From assembly GCA_963759805.1 (NCBI GenBank), contig CAVXAT010000002.1, forward strand, positions 64,001 through 128,000: DNA of 64,000 nucleotides, read 5' to 3'. Positions 1 to 8,049 of this stretch are shown here, one piece after another. Within the stretch, counting starts at the first letter, position 1, and the number at the start of each line of letters is the position of its first letter. This stretch comes from an uncultured bacterium. Its GTDB lineage: Bacteria; Babelota; Babeliae; Babelales; RVW-14. Below the pieces are notes generated by a model. That model had not been told where the DNA came from and made no database searches. It was given only the letters and a program-made list of their open reading frames with translations. The position numbers and the translations under genes were made by a program.

Positions 1-1301
1 ACCAACTGCAACAACGCAGACTGGTCGCTTAAACCTGGAACAATTTAAACTCCACACAGACTACACGGCAAAGAAAAGTGCAGAATTGGCAGAAATTACT
101 CGTGATAACCCAACGCTGCAAAATGCCTGCAAATTTGTGGATGCTCTCAACAGATTTGCTAACTTGTACGCAGAGGCTGATGATGGGGTTGGAGCAAACG
201 CTTTGGGCAAAGCCGCACGACAAACAGTGCATTATGCCGAAAATATAACAAAAATATTTGGCGGTCACATTCAAGAAGCTCTTCTTGGCGTTTCAGATTC
301 AGGCCTGGATCACCTTGACTTTGGAACAGAAGCTGCGTCTCATCCACAAGAAACTTTAGTAAATATGGCTAATGGCCTCAAAGAGCTTACAATTTTTACT
401 GCAAAAATTATGGCAATAGGAGAGATGTCTCTAGATAATTCAGAATTAGCACTTGATGCATTTAATAGAGAAATTAGGCCAACGGTGCAACCATTGTACG
501 ATAGACTCGAAGCTATGACGGGACCGGAAAGAACCAGATTTATAACACGTACATTCTGTAATCTTTTTTTGGGGAAATATCTATCGATTGGCTTGCAAGC
601 GGCATCCCTTGGTATATCTGTACCAAACATTCAGCAATTTAGGTTAGCAACTGCGGCAGCAAAAGAGTTTTATGGATCTTTGATTAATGAAGCAGAAATA
701 GTAAGTAGAATTCCAAATTTTGCGAATTTGCCACAAAATATGCAAACTCTTTTATCTCCTCTTATATCGATGACTGAGAATCCTGGTAAGTTGGTTGAAT
801 TAGGAATCAACAAAGGCCAAGAATTTGCGAGAAGGATTGCAATAGCACTTGGGCAAAATCCAGAGTTAGTCGTTACAGAAGGCTCATTTGATGGTGCTGT
901 GGCAAGACTTGTGGGTGATTTCGAAAAAGAAGGTGCGGCGGCAGCTGCAGCCGATGATTTGGCAAGTTTTAGAAAAAGTGAGCGTGGAGCCTCTTCAGGT
1001 ACTGCTGTTCAAGCTGAGCAGAGTTATGCTAAAATGTTTGAGCAGAGAATTAGCAAGATGCCAGTGGGTGAAAGAGTTGCAGCGGTGACAGAAGAGGCTC
1101 AAAGAATAGCTGCGGCTAGAGGATGGGAAAAAATGGGTCAAATATCTAGAAGAAATGGGGAAAGAATTGTTTACAAAGATAAAAATGCATCGAAACTTTA
1201 TTCTGTGGATATATACTGACCCCATAAAACTAGACAGTGCAACTTGAGAAAATAAGTACTTTAAAAATATTAGTTATAACAATGAGCCCGGGGGGCATTA
1301 A

Positions 1302-1577
1302 ATGAGTAACAAAGTAAGCAGAACCCACAGCAACAAATTTAAACTAAAAGTTGCATTGGCAGCTATAAAGGCTGATAGGCCAATAGCTGAATTATGCCAA
1401 GAATTTGCATTAGCGACAAGTCAAATTTATGCATGGAAAAAACGGCTTGAAGATCGAGGCATTGAAGTTTTTTCGAGTGAAAAAATGGCTGCAAAAAAAA
1501 GTTTAGATGTTGAAAAGTTTCATGTGATTATAGGCAAGCTTATTGTAGAACGTGAGTCATTATTGCGGGCGCTTTAA
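1302..1577 (+). CDS. IS3 OrfA-like HTH protein, first copy
   Basis: HSNKFKLKVALAAIKADRPIAELCQEF...QIYAWKK is a typical HTH_Tnp_1 pattern. Confidence 0.75.
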   Translation: MSNKVSRTHSNKFKLKVALAAIKADRPIAELCQEFALATSQIYAWKKRLEDRGIEVFSSEKMAAKKSLDVEKFHVIIGKLIVERESLLRAL

Positions 1578-1678
1578 TGCAATAAACGCAAATGGATAAA
1601 CTGTGTACAACGACAATAATAATGAATTAGCATGAGAATGTTAAATCTAAAAATTTGCTTTACAAGAAAGGCATTCTC

Positions 1679-1957
1679 ATGAGTGATGACACGAAAAAAA
1701 GTCATGATGACAAGCTTAAACTTAAGGTGGCTTTAGCTATGATAAAGGCCGACAAATCAGTTGATACCATCTGTAGAGAATTTAATATTTCAACATGCCA
1801 AGCATATGCATGGAAGCAACACCTAGAAGAGCATGGCAACGAACTTTTTGCAGACAAAAGAAAAGTTAAAAAAGAAGAAACATATGACAAGATTTTGGCA
1901 GACCTTGAACAAGTAAAGGAAGAGCGCAATTTTTTAGTACAAGTGCTCAGTCGCTAG
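1679..1957 (+). CDS. IS3 OrfA HTH protein, second copy, adjacent to orfB
   Basis: KLKVALAMIKADKSVDTICREF...AYAWKQ; ATG at 1679 follows an AGAAAGG RBS; slippery T TTT TTA at 1930-1936. Confidence 0.8.
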   Translation: MSDDTKKSHDDKLKLKVALAMIKADKSVDTICREFNISTCQAYAWKQHLEEHGNELFADKRKVKKEETYDKILADLEQVKEERNFLVQVLSR

Positions 1958-1965
1958 ATATCCAA

Positions 1966-2886
1966 GTGCGCAAGCAATGGATTGAGCACAACAACAAATT
2001 GAACTTGTCCAGAAAATGCGATCTGCTCGGTATAAATCGAAGTAGCCTTTATTACAAGCCAAAGAAGGCCAACAACCAAGACGAGGTGATTATGGATGAG
2101 ATACGCAACGAATATGAGAGACATCCATTTTATGGATATCGAAAAATACACGAAGTTCTTATCGAAAAAAGCTTTAACCACAACATTAAAAGAACACAGC
2201 GGCTAATGACGTTGACAGGTCTTTGTGCAGTTGCCCCTTATAAAAAAACTAGCATTCCAAACAAGGAACACAAGGTGTACAAATATCTTTTAAGAGGATT
2301 ACGAGTTTGCCGCCCAAACCAAGTCTGGAAAACAGATATCACATACGTAAAAATAAGAGGTGGGTTTGTTTATTTGGTTTGTCTTATCGATGTTTTTAGT
2401 CGCAAGATTATGGGATGGGCATTGTCACCATATCTCGATACAGACGTTTGTCTTGAAGCATTGGAAATGGCTCTCGTACTCGGTAAGCCTGAGATTTTAA
2501 ATAGTGATCAAGGGTGCCAGTTTACAAGTGAAAGATGGGTTGCTCGTTTAGAAAAAGAAGGTATCAAAATTAGTATGGATGGAATAGGTCGATGGGCAGA
2601 CAACATCATTATTGAACGATTCTGGCGAACTATTAAATATGAAGCACTGTGTTTTTATGTTCTTGAAAACATTGCTGAGACGCGATTAATTATAAAAAAC
2701 TATATCAACTTTTATAATAGAGAACGCTTTCACCAATCACTCGAATATAAAAAACCAGATGAAGTTTACTATGGAGCTATCATTGCAGTAGACCAATCTG
2801 ATTTTACTTTCGAATCATTGGCTTTTGTATGTAATAGCAAAATCATCGTTCAACAAAATAAATCAATGGGGATACAAATGGCCTGA
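1966..2886 (+). CDS. IS3 OrfB DDE transposase/integrase core
   Basis: YGYRKI, PNQVWKTDITY, SDQGCQFTS and ERFWRTIKYE motifs; -1 frame relative to orfA. Confidence 0.92.
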   Translation: MRKQWIEHNNKLNLSRKCDLLGINRSSLYYKPKKANNQDEVIMDEIRNEYERHPFYGYRKIHEVLIEKSFNHNIKRTQRLMTLTGLCAVAPYKKTSIPNKEHKVYKYLLRGLRVCRPNQVWKTDITYVKIRGGFVYLVCLIDVFSRKIMGWALSPYLDTDVCLEALEMALVLGKPEILNSDQGCQFTSERWVARLEKEGIKISMDGIGRWADNIIIERFWRTIKYEALCFYVLENIAETRLIIKNYINFYNRERFHQSLEYKKPDEVYYGAIIAVDQSDFTFESLAFVCNSKIIVQQNKSMGIQMA

Positions 2887-3080
2887 TAAAAATTCTGAAA
2901 TATAAGTTAAAAATTTGTCTTGACAATGGGGGTCACTATAATACACAGCATGGACGATTTGAAATATTAAATGAAGAAGGAAAACATTTGGGAGAAGTTG
3001 ATTTTGATTTCAATTTTACAAAAGAACGTGATGCATCAGGTAGCCACGATTTAAATACGCGATAAGAAAGGTTTAAAATA

Positions 3081-3626
3081 ATGGTAGACATTGTTTCTAA
3101 AACAATCGATTATTTTTACAAACAAAAAAATTATAATGCCTTTAAGGAATGTTGTAAAAATCCATTGAATTTGTTTCTGGAGTTACAGCAATATATAGAT
3201 AGAAACGGATTAAATTCGTCTGGAGGACCCGATAATAAGTACTACCCGGCCAGAGATTGGCACATACATTTTAATGATTATAAGAAAGGTGAATTTGAAA
3301 TTTCTTATACAACAGTTCTTAATATTTCAAAACTTGCACCATTATATTATGTTCAACATGAATTTTCAGTTAAAGATAAAGATGATGATAGAATGACTCC
3401 TGTCCTAGATGGTTTTAGTAATCACCCATATACAAAGAAACAGTTTGTTTTGCATGATAAAATTTCATCTGTTTTAAATAAAAAAGGGTATCATGAACTC
3501 GAGTATGTTGACATAAGTGAGGCGGTAGAAGGTTTTAAAATGCCAGAGGGGGTAACTATCTTTGGGCCTAATGTTACAGTTGAAGATTTATTGTTTGCAG
3601 ATTTATTTGATGTACGTAATAAGTAG
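3081..3626 (+). CDS. Probable cognate immunity protein of the upstream toxin
   Basis: 181-aa ORF starting 15 nt after the reconstructed toxin stop, with an AGAAAGG RBS. The assignment rests on position only. Confidence 0.6.
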   Translation: MVDIVSKTIDYFYKQKNYNAFKECCKNPLNLFLELQQYIDRNGLNSSGGPDNKYYPARDWHIHFNDYKKGEFEISYTTVLNISKLAPLYYVQHEFSVKDKDDDRMTPVLDGFSNHPYTKKQFVLHDKISSVLNKKGYHELEYVDISEAVEGFKMPEGVTIFGPNVTVEDLLFADLFDVRNK

Positions 3627-3661
3627 GCGTTTTCAATAAATAAGCTTTATTAACACTTTAT

Positions 3662-3693
3662 GCCCTGGCCGGTAAAACGGCTGGGCTTTTTTT
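3662..3693 (+). terminator. Rho-independent terminator
   Basis: GCCCTGGCCG-gtaaaa-CGGCTGGGC stem followed by a T run, downstream of the immunity gene. Confidence 0.65.
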
Positions 3694-3753
3694 GTAGCAT
3701 AGAAACGTTAGTATCCTAAATTTAAAAAACGACGGGATACAAATTTATGAGCC

Positions 3754-5133
3754 TTAGTTTCTAGCGTTTTCTCGAGATAGTCTTAATGCCTCATCTCGTG
3801 CATTCGCAAACTCTGTTCTTGCTTCTGCTAATTTATGAGATATATCAAGCCTATTTGCCTGTAGGATTGTGGCTTGTTCTTTGAATTTGTTCTCCTCCAT
3901 TCTTCTATCAAATTCGCGACTAACAATTTGCTGAATTCTTTGTGCTTCTTTTTCAGCATAAAATTGCCTTCCCAGCCATGAATCTCGTGGAGGGTGCATC
4001 CTTTCATCAAGAGGTATCCATGACTCATTTGCGTGAATGTTTTGCCTAAAAGATACAGCACGTTCTTCCAAGGCTGTGGTTTGTATAGCCGCTTTTATTT
4101 GGACCAATTTTCCGTCTAGAACGGAAATCTCTGATTGTTTTCGATCAGCTTCTTCCCATGCCAACCTGCTGGGATCATTTGCTGGTCTACCTAGTGCTTT
4201 TTCTCGCAACTGTGTTTCTTCTGCACGCCTGTATTCTACCTCTGCCCATTCACAAGCAGCTTCTTCATCTCTAATTTTTTGTAGTCGTGCTTCTTCTGCT
4301 TGCCTGCTGGCTTGCTCTTCTTCTAGAATTTTTCGCTTACGAGCTTCCTCCGCTTCTCTACGAACATGCTCTTCATCTCGGATTTTTTGTAATCGTGCTT
4401 CTTCTACTTGCTTGCGCACTCGTTCTTCTTCTAAGGCCTTTCTTTGAAGAGCTCCCTCAGCCTGCCTATGAGCAGTCTCTTCTTTAAAAAATGCTTCTTT
4501 TATTTTGTTAGTCCCATAAAGATCTTTTATCGACATAATAATGCTTAGCCCCAAAGCAACTCCGTACAATATCTGTTCTGGACTCTTATCTTTACTGATA
4601 ATTATATTATCAAATAACCGAAATGCGGAATTCAATGACTTACACTTTAATCTAAAATCTGCATCTTCAATTGTAGCCCTATCTTTAAGTGAAGCAAATA
4701 ATGCAGTTAGGCCTTCGATAAATGGAATTAATCCCGTGTGAAAAGTTTTAAGAAATCCTTCTAATTTTTTTATATCTTCCGAATTTTGAGTTATATCTTC
4801 AGGTTTGTTAAATAAATCAACTAAATGTGTAACGAAACGTACTCCATCATAGGCTGCCCAAATATAATCGTACTTATGAAATTCCAATTCTCCATTCTTA
4901 TTAATTATAGAAAGTACTTCACTTGACAATCGAAGAACATCTACTGATAAATTCAAAATATGATGGTACTTTTTACTAGATTCGGGGCTTAACTTATTTT
5001 TAATTGCAAGCGTCGGAATTCTTAAAAGTGCAACAATTGATTCAACATTGTTTAGATCTATTTCAGAAAATAAATTGCTTGAATATGTGCTTGTGCTGAA
5101 AAAAAGAATAAGCATAACTATTTTTTTAAGCAT
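3754..5133 (-). CDS. Exported/membrane hypothetical protein with a long charged coiled-coil repeat region
   Basis: Signal-peptide-like MLKKIVMLILFFSTSTYS, an internal hydrophobic segment and repeated EEARLQKIRDEE units. Confidence 0.7.
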   Translation of the reverse strand: MLKKIVMLILFFSTSTYSSNLFSEIDLNNVESIVALLRIPTLAIKNKLSPESSKKYHHILNLSVDVLRLSSEVLSIINKNGELEFHKYDYIWAAYDGVRFVTHLVDLFNKPEDITQNSEDIKKLEGFLKTFHTGLIPFIEGLTALFASLKDRATIEDADFRLKCKSLNSAFRLFDNIIISKDKSPEQILYGVALGLSIIMSIKDLYGTNKIKEAFFKEETAHRQAEGALQRKALEEERVRKQVEEARLQKIRDEEHVRREAEEARKRKILEEEQASRQAEEARLQKIRDEEAACEWAEVEYRRAEETQLREKALGRPANDPSRLAWEEADRKQSEISVLDGKLVQIKAAIQTTALEERAVSFRQNIHANESWIPLDERMHPPRDSWLGRQFYAEKEAQRIQQIVSREFDRRMEENKFKEQATILQANRLDISHKLAEARTEFANARDEALRLSRENARN

Positions 5134-5173
5134 AAAAATCCTTTTGAACTAAATAAAATTACCTTGATGGAGG
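5131..5173 (-). repeat. 43-bp leader repeat (copy 1), directly upstream of the 3754..5133 start codon
   Basis: CATAAAAATCCTTTTGAACTAAATAAAATTACCTTGATGGAGG matches 6568-6610 with 2 mismatches. Confidence 0.85.
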
Positions 5174-5189
5174 CTTCAGGTTGTTAAAT

Positions 5190-5912
5190 TTACGCCGGCT
5201 TTGCTATTTCATTTGAAGTGGCTTCTTTTACTGTTTTCAAGATAAATTCTTTCAATATATCTTTGAGCGTAGGGTGTGTTTTATTGTTGTAATGCTCTAA
5301 AATTGAAAATAATTTATCTGTGGAAATAGGCGAAATTTTATCTTCCATTTCAAATAACACGTTTAAAGATTTATCATAGAATTTAAACAAGCCATAATTT
5401 CCCAGGGAAATTAGAAAGGATGAAATTTGATCAACATCCTTCCATTCGATACTTTTGCCATTCCAAAATTTAATTTCATGATAATTCATTATGAGAAACG
5501 GAACCTTGCTAAGATCATAATGTAAATTTTTGCATAAAATGACCAGCGCCAGCAAATCGGGTATCATAAAGAGAGAAACCCCAAGCAACCGAAATATTTC
5601 CTCAGTAGAATCTTTACACGGAAAAGAATTTACACAATAAAGGCAAAAACCTGTAAAAAACACCAAGTTAAATGTAGCAACAAGATATGCATATGAGCTT
5701 GAAGCCGCATATAAAGTTAAAGTTTCTCCATCGTAGGCAATTTTGTCACTTTTCATTTTATCCACAAATTCTTTTATGAATGAATCTTCTGTTTTCGATG
5801 TTAATTCTTCTGCTTTTGGTTTGGTAGAATCCTGCATTGCTGGCAAATTGCCCGAAAAAGACATCGCGATAACTGTTGTTAAAAACAAAAATTTAAAATT
5901 ACTTTTAATCAT
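5190..5912 (-). CDS. Membrane protein with a signal peptide and two TM helices; paralog of 5905..6570
   Basis: Likely start MIKSNFKFLFL at 5912 after an AAGGA RBS; shares FIKEF..K.....YDG.TL.LY and I.W.D patterns with the neighbour. Confidence 0.7.
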   Translation of the reverse strand: MIKSNFKFLFLTTVIAMSFSGNLPAMQDSTKPKAEELTSKTEDSFIKEFVDKMKSDKIAYDGETLTLYAASSSYAYLVATFNLVFFTGFCLYCVNSFPCKDSTEEIFRLLGVSLFMIPDLLALVILCKNLHYDLSKVPFLIMNYHEIKFWNGKSIEWKDVDQISSFLISLGNYGLFKFYDKSLNVLFEMEDKISPISTDKLFSILEHYNNKTHPTLKDILKEFILKTVKEATSNEIAKPA

Positions 5913-6570
5913 GTAAATCCTTATCTTTTGCCCCATATTTTTTAAAATAAAATCCCAAAATTACAATTAATTCCGAAAGTTTAATTGGTAAATTGTTGTT
6001 ATCAATAACAAAAAGGGGTATGCCGTCTTTGTCACATAGCATAATCGAATTATCGCTTAAAAACTTCATTATAGATGCATCAGTCCATTTAATTTTAATG
6101 TTATTACGGGCCTCAATTTGTTCACTATCTATTGATAAAAACGGAGTAAATTTTTTGAAAAATAGATTTGTTAACATATTCACATATATGTAGAATCCCG
6201 ATGCAACACCAAATAATATGCAAATCGCACCAAATGCATCTAAACATTCTCTTAAATTTCTGCGTCCATCGTTACTTTTTATTAAGCATCCAATTCCCAA
6301 GAATAGACATGTCGCCGTGAAAATTAAAGGCCCCTTCATACTTGAGCTTGTATCCATATATAATCTAAGAGTTTTCCCATCATATTTAACTTTGGGATTA
6401 TTGATCTTTTTCGCAAATTCTTTTATGAAAGCATTGTCTGTTGCAGGTGATAATAAAGATGATTCGGCTATTTGTTTGTCCGCAACTTCTTGCATTGAAA
6501 ACAAACTGCTTGCAAAACATACTGCAATCAACGTCATTAAAAGTAGTATTTTAAAATTATTTTTACACAT
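5905..6570 (-). CDS. Membrane protein with a signal peptide and two TM helices; paralog of 5190..5912
   Basis: MCKNNFKILLLMTLIAVCFASSLFS signal-like N-terminus; same layout as the neighbour. Confidence 0.7.
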   Translation of the reverse strand: MCKNNFKILLLMTLIAVCFASSLFSMQEVADKQIAESSLLSPATDNAFIKEFAKKINNPKVKYDGKTLRLYMDTSSSMKGPLIFTATCLFLGIGCLIKSNDGRRNLRECLDAFGAICILFGVASGFYIYVNMLTNLFFKKFTPFLSIDSEQIEARNNIKIKWTDASIMKFLSDNSIMLCDKDGIPLFVIDNNNLPIKLSELIVILGFYFKKYGAKDKDLHD

Positions 6571-6610
6571 AAAAATCCTTTTGAATTAAATAAAATTACC
6601 TTGATGAAGG
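6568..6610 (-). repeat. 43-bp leader repeat (copy 2)
   Basis: Near-identical to 5131-5173; includes the RBS and ATG. Confidence 0.85.
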
Positions 6611-6854
6611 ATAGCAAGATTTTAAAATAATTAAAGCGTAAAAATGTAATTATTAATGCGTAAAGGCGCTGGAGCTTTTTGAATTGACTTTGACTCATAG
6701 AAAAACTATAAAATAAATGTTAAATTTTCCTGAATTTTTATTTTGGTAGGATTGTATTATGGCTTCAACGTATTCATAAAATTAATGGGAATCCTTTGAT
6801 TGTAAAACTAATGCCAAATTTTTTTAATAAATATAGCATATATATGAGAAAAAC

Positions 6855-7241
6855 TTACAAAAACAATTGATAGTGAGTGTTAAAAAGCTTGGCAAGTTTT
6901 TGTGCCATCTTCTTTCCAATAACTCTCTTCCCGTGTTCCATCTGAGAAACATGGCTTTGACGAATATTGAGTTTTTTAGCTAGTTCAGCTTGTGTCATGC
7001 CATCACGAGATCTAAAGCCACGAATAGTGGTCCCTACTTTTCCATATTTCTGATGCAAATTTCTGAATACTTCATCTGCCGGAATAAGTTCTTCATCATC
7101 ATTTAAAACTTTGAATGGCTTGAGCTGCTCAAACAGTTCTAGTGCTGACTTGCGAGGAAGTAAAAATTTTGTGTTTAATTTATCATGAATCGTAACTTCA
7201 ATAAGATTGTCAGTAAGGGGATTTTTCATGCGTTCCGACAT
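6855..7241 (-). CDS. HTH-XRE antitoxin (HigA-like)
   Basis: GMTQAELAKKLNIRQSHVSQMEHGKR is an HTH_3 motif; overlaps the 3' end of the upstream RelE-like gene. Confidence 0.8.
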   Translation of the reverse strand: MSERMKNPLTDNLIEVTIHDKLNTKFLLPRKSALELFEQLKPFKVLNDDEELIPADEVFRNLHQKYGKVGTTIRGFRSRDGMTQAELAKKLNIRQSHVSQMEHGKRVIGKKMAQKLAKLFNTHYQLFL

Positions 7242-7494
7242 AATACACCTCAACAATTTGAATTTTTTTATTTATCACTTCCCAGCAAATAACATATGTT
7301 GGCTTTCCATTTTTAATATGGCAGTGATAACAATTTTCAGTCCCACCAAGTTTGCTAAAGTTTTTCCAATTATGGCGCAATGGACCTAACTTTCTTATTT
7401 CCTGCACCAAGGTTTGAGCAGCCTCTTGAACGGATATTGGCAAAGCATCAAATTGCTTTCTTGCCTTCTTATTAAAATAGACATTCCAATTCAC
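7210..7494 (-). CDS. RelE/HigB-like type II toxin
   Basis: 94 aa, WNVYFNKKARKQF...YHCHI...YVGTHE; toxin lies upstream of antitoxin, as in higBA. Confidence 0.75.
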   Translation of the reverse strand: MNWNVYFNKKARKQFDALPISVQEAAQTLVQEIRKLGPLRHNWKNFSKLGGTENCYHCHIKNGKPTYVICWEVINKKIQIVEVYYVGTHEKSPY

Positions 7495-7699
7495 AATGCC
7501 TCTTCAAATGGCTAGACCTTCAACGTTTTCACCATGCAACTACTTTAAAAATATATCATTTTTTGGAATAAATCAAACAAAAATCTTTTAGGGTTTTATT
7601 TTAAGAGAGTGTTGTTTATGGGTGTTTTTTTAATACAAGCTTTTTGTTGTGGGTAACATTTTTTTTGGGTTTATTTTAAGGGTTTACTAGCTGTTAAGA

Positions 7700-8048
7700 G
7701 CTGTATTTAACTTCATTTCTTATTTTTCTTACTTCTTCTGCAAACTTAAGCTCTCGCTCTTTTTGGGTTGTACACTTCTCTGAGCTTTCTTAGAAGAGCT
7801 TCATCCGCTTCTCTACGAGCAGTTTCTTCATCTCTTAATTTTTGTAATCTTGCTTCTTCTGCTGCTTGCTGGCGCGCACGTTCTTCTTCTTGAGCTTTAC
7901 TTTAAGAGCAGCTTCCTCCGCTTCTCTACGAGCAGTCTCTTCATCTCTTAATTTTTGTAATCTTGCTTCTTCTGCTGCTTGCTGGCGCGCACGTTCTTCT
8001 TCTTGGGCCATTATTTTAAGACCTTCCTCCACTTCTCTACGAGCAGTT
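7700..8048 (-). pseudogene. Frameshifted remnant of a coiled-coil repeat gene related to 3754..5133
   Basis: Near-identical ~89-bp direct repeats at 7804-7892 and 7917-8005 plus a partial copy at 8028-8048, encoding EEARLQKLRDEETARREAEE; there is no 5' part and it abuts the metG stop. Confidence 0.6.
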
Positions 8049-8049
8049 C

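Larger units (their letters stand above)
1212..2940 (+). mobile_element. IS3-family insertion sequence (1729 bp)
   Basis: Imperfect terminal inverted repeats TATACTGACCCCATAAAACTAGACA (from 1212) and TGTCTTGACAATGGGGGTCACTATA (to 2940); 3-bp direct repeat ATA at 1209-1211 and 2941-2943; encloses HTH orfA-like genes and a DDE orfB. Confidence 0.9.
1..3065 (+). pseudogene. Polymorphic toxin (5' end outside window) with a C-terminal colicin E3-like ribonuclease domain, interrupted by an IS3-family element at 1212-2940
   Basis: The frame of ORF 86..1219 is open from position 2. Removing the IS and one ATA duplicate joins 1211 to 2944 in frame: ...LYSVDTQHGRFEILNEEGKHLGEVDFDFNFTKERDASGSHDLNTR* (stop 3063-3065). 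This resembles the colicin E3 YEWDSQHGELE...GQHLG motif. Confidence 0.75.

Noticed and set aside
4037..4741. Antisense ORFs over the coiled-coil gene, and similar short antisense ORFs throughout the window
   Set aside because: Shadow frames of longer, motif-bearing genes on the opposite strand, with no independent evidence.
7804..8048. Direct repeats considered as a possible CRISPR array
   Set aside because: Units are about 89 bp, encode a coiled-coil peptide repeat, and there are no regular unique spacers or cas genes.
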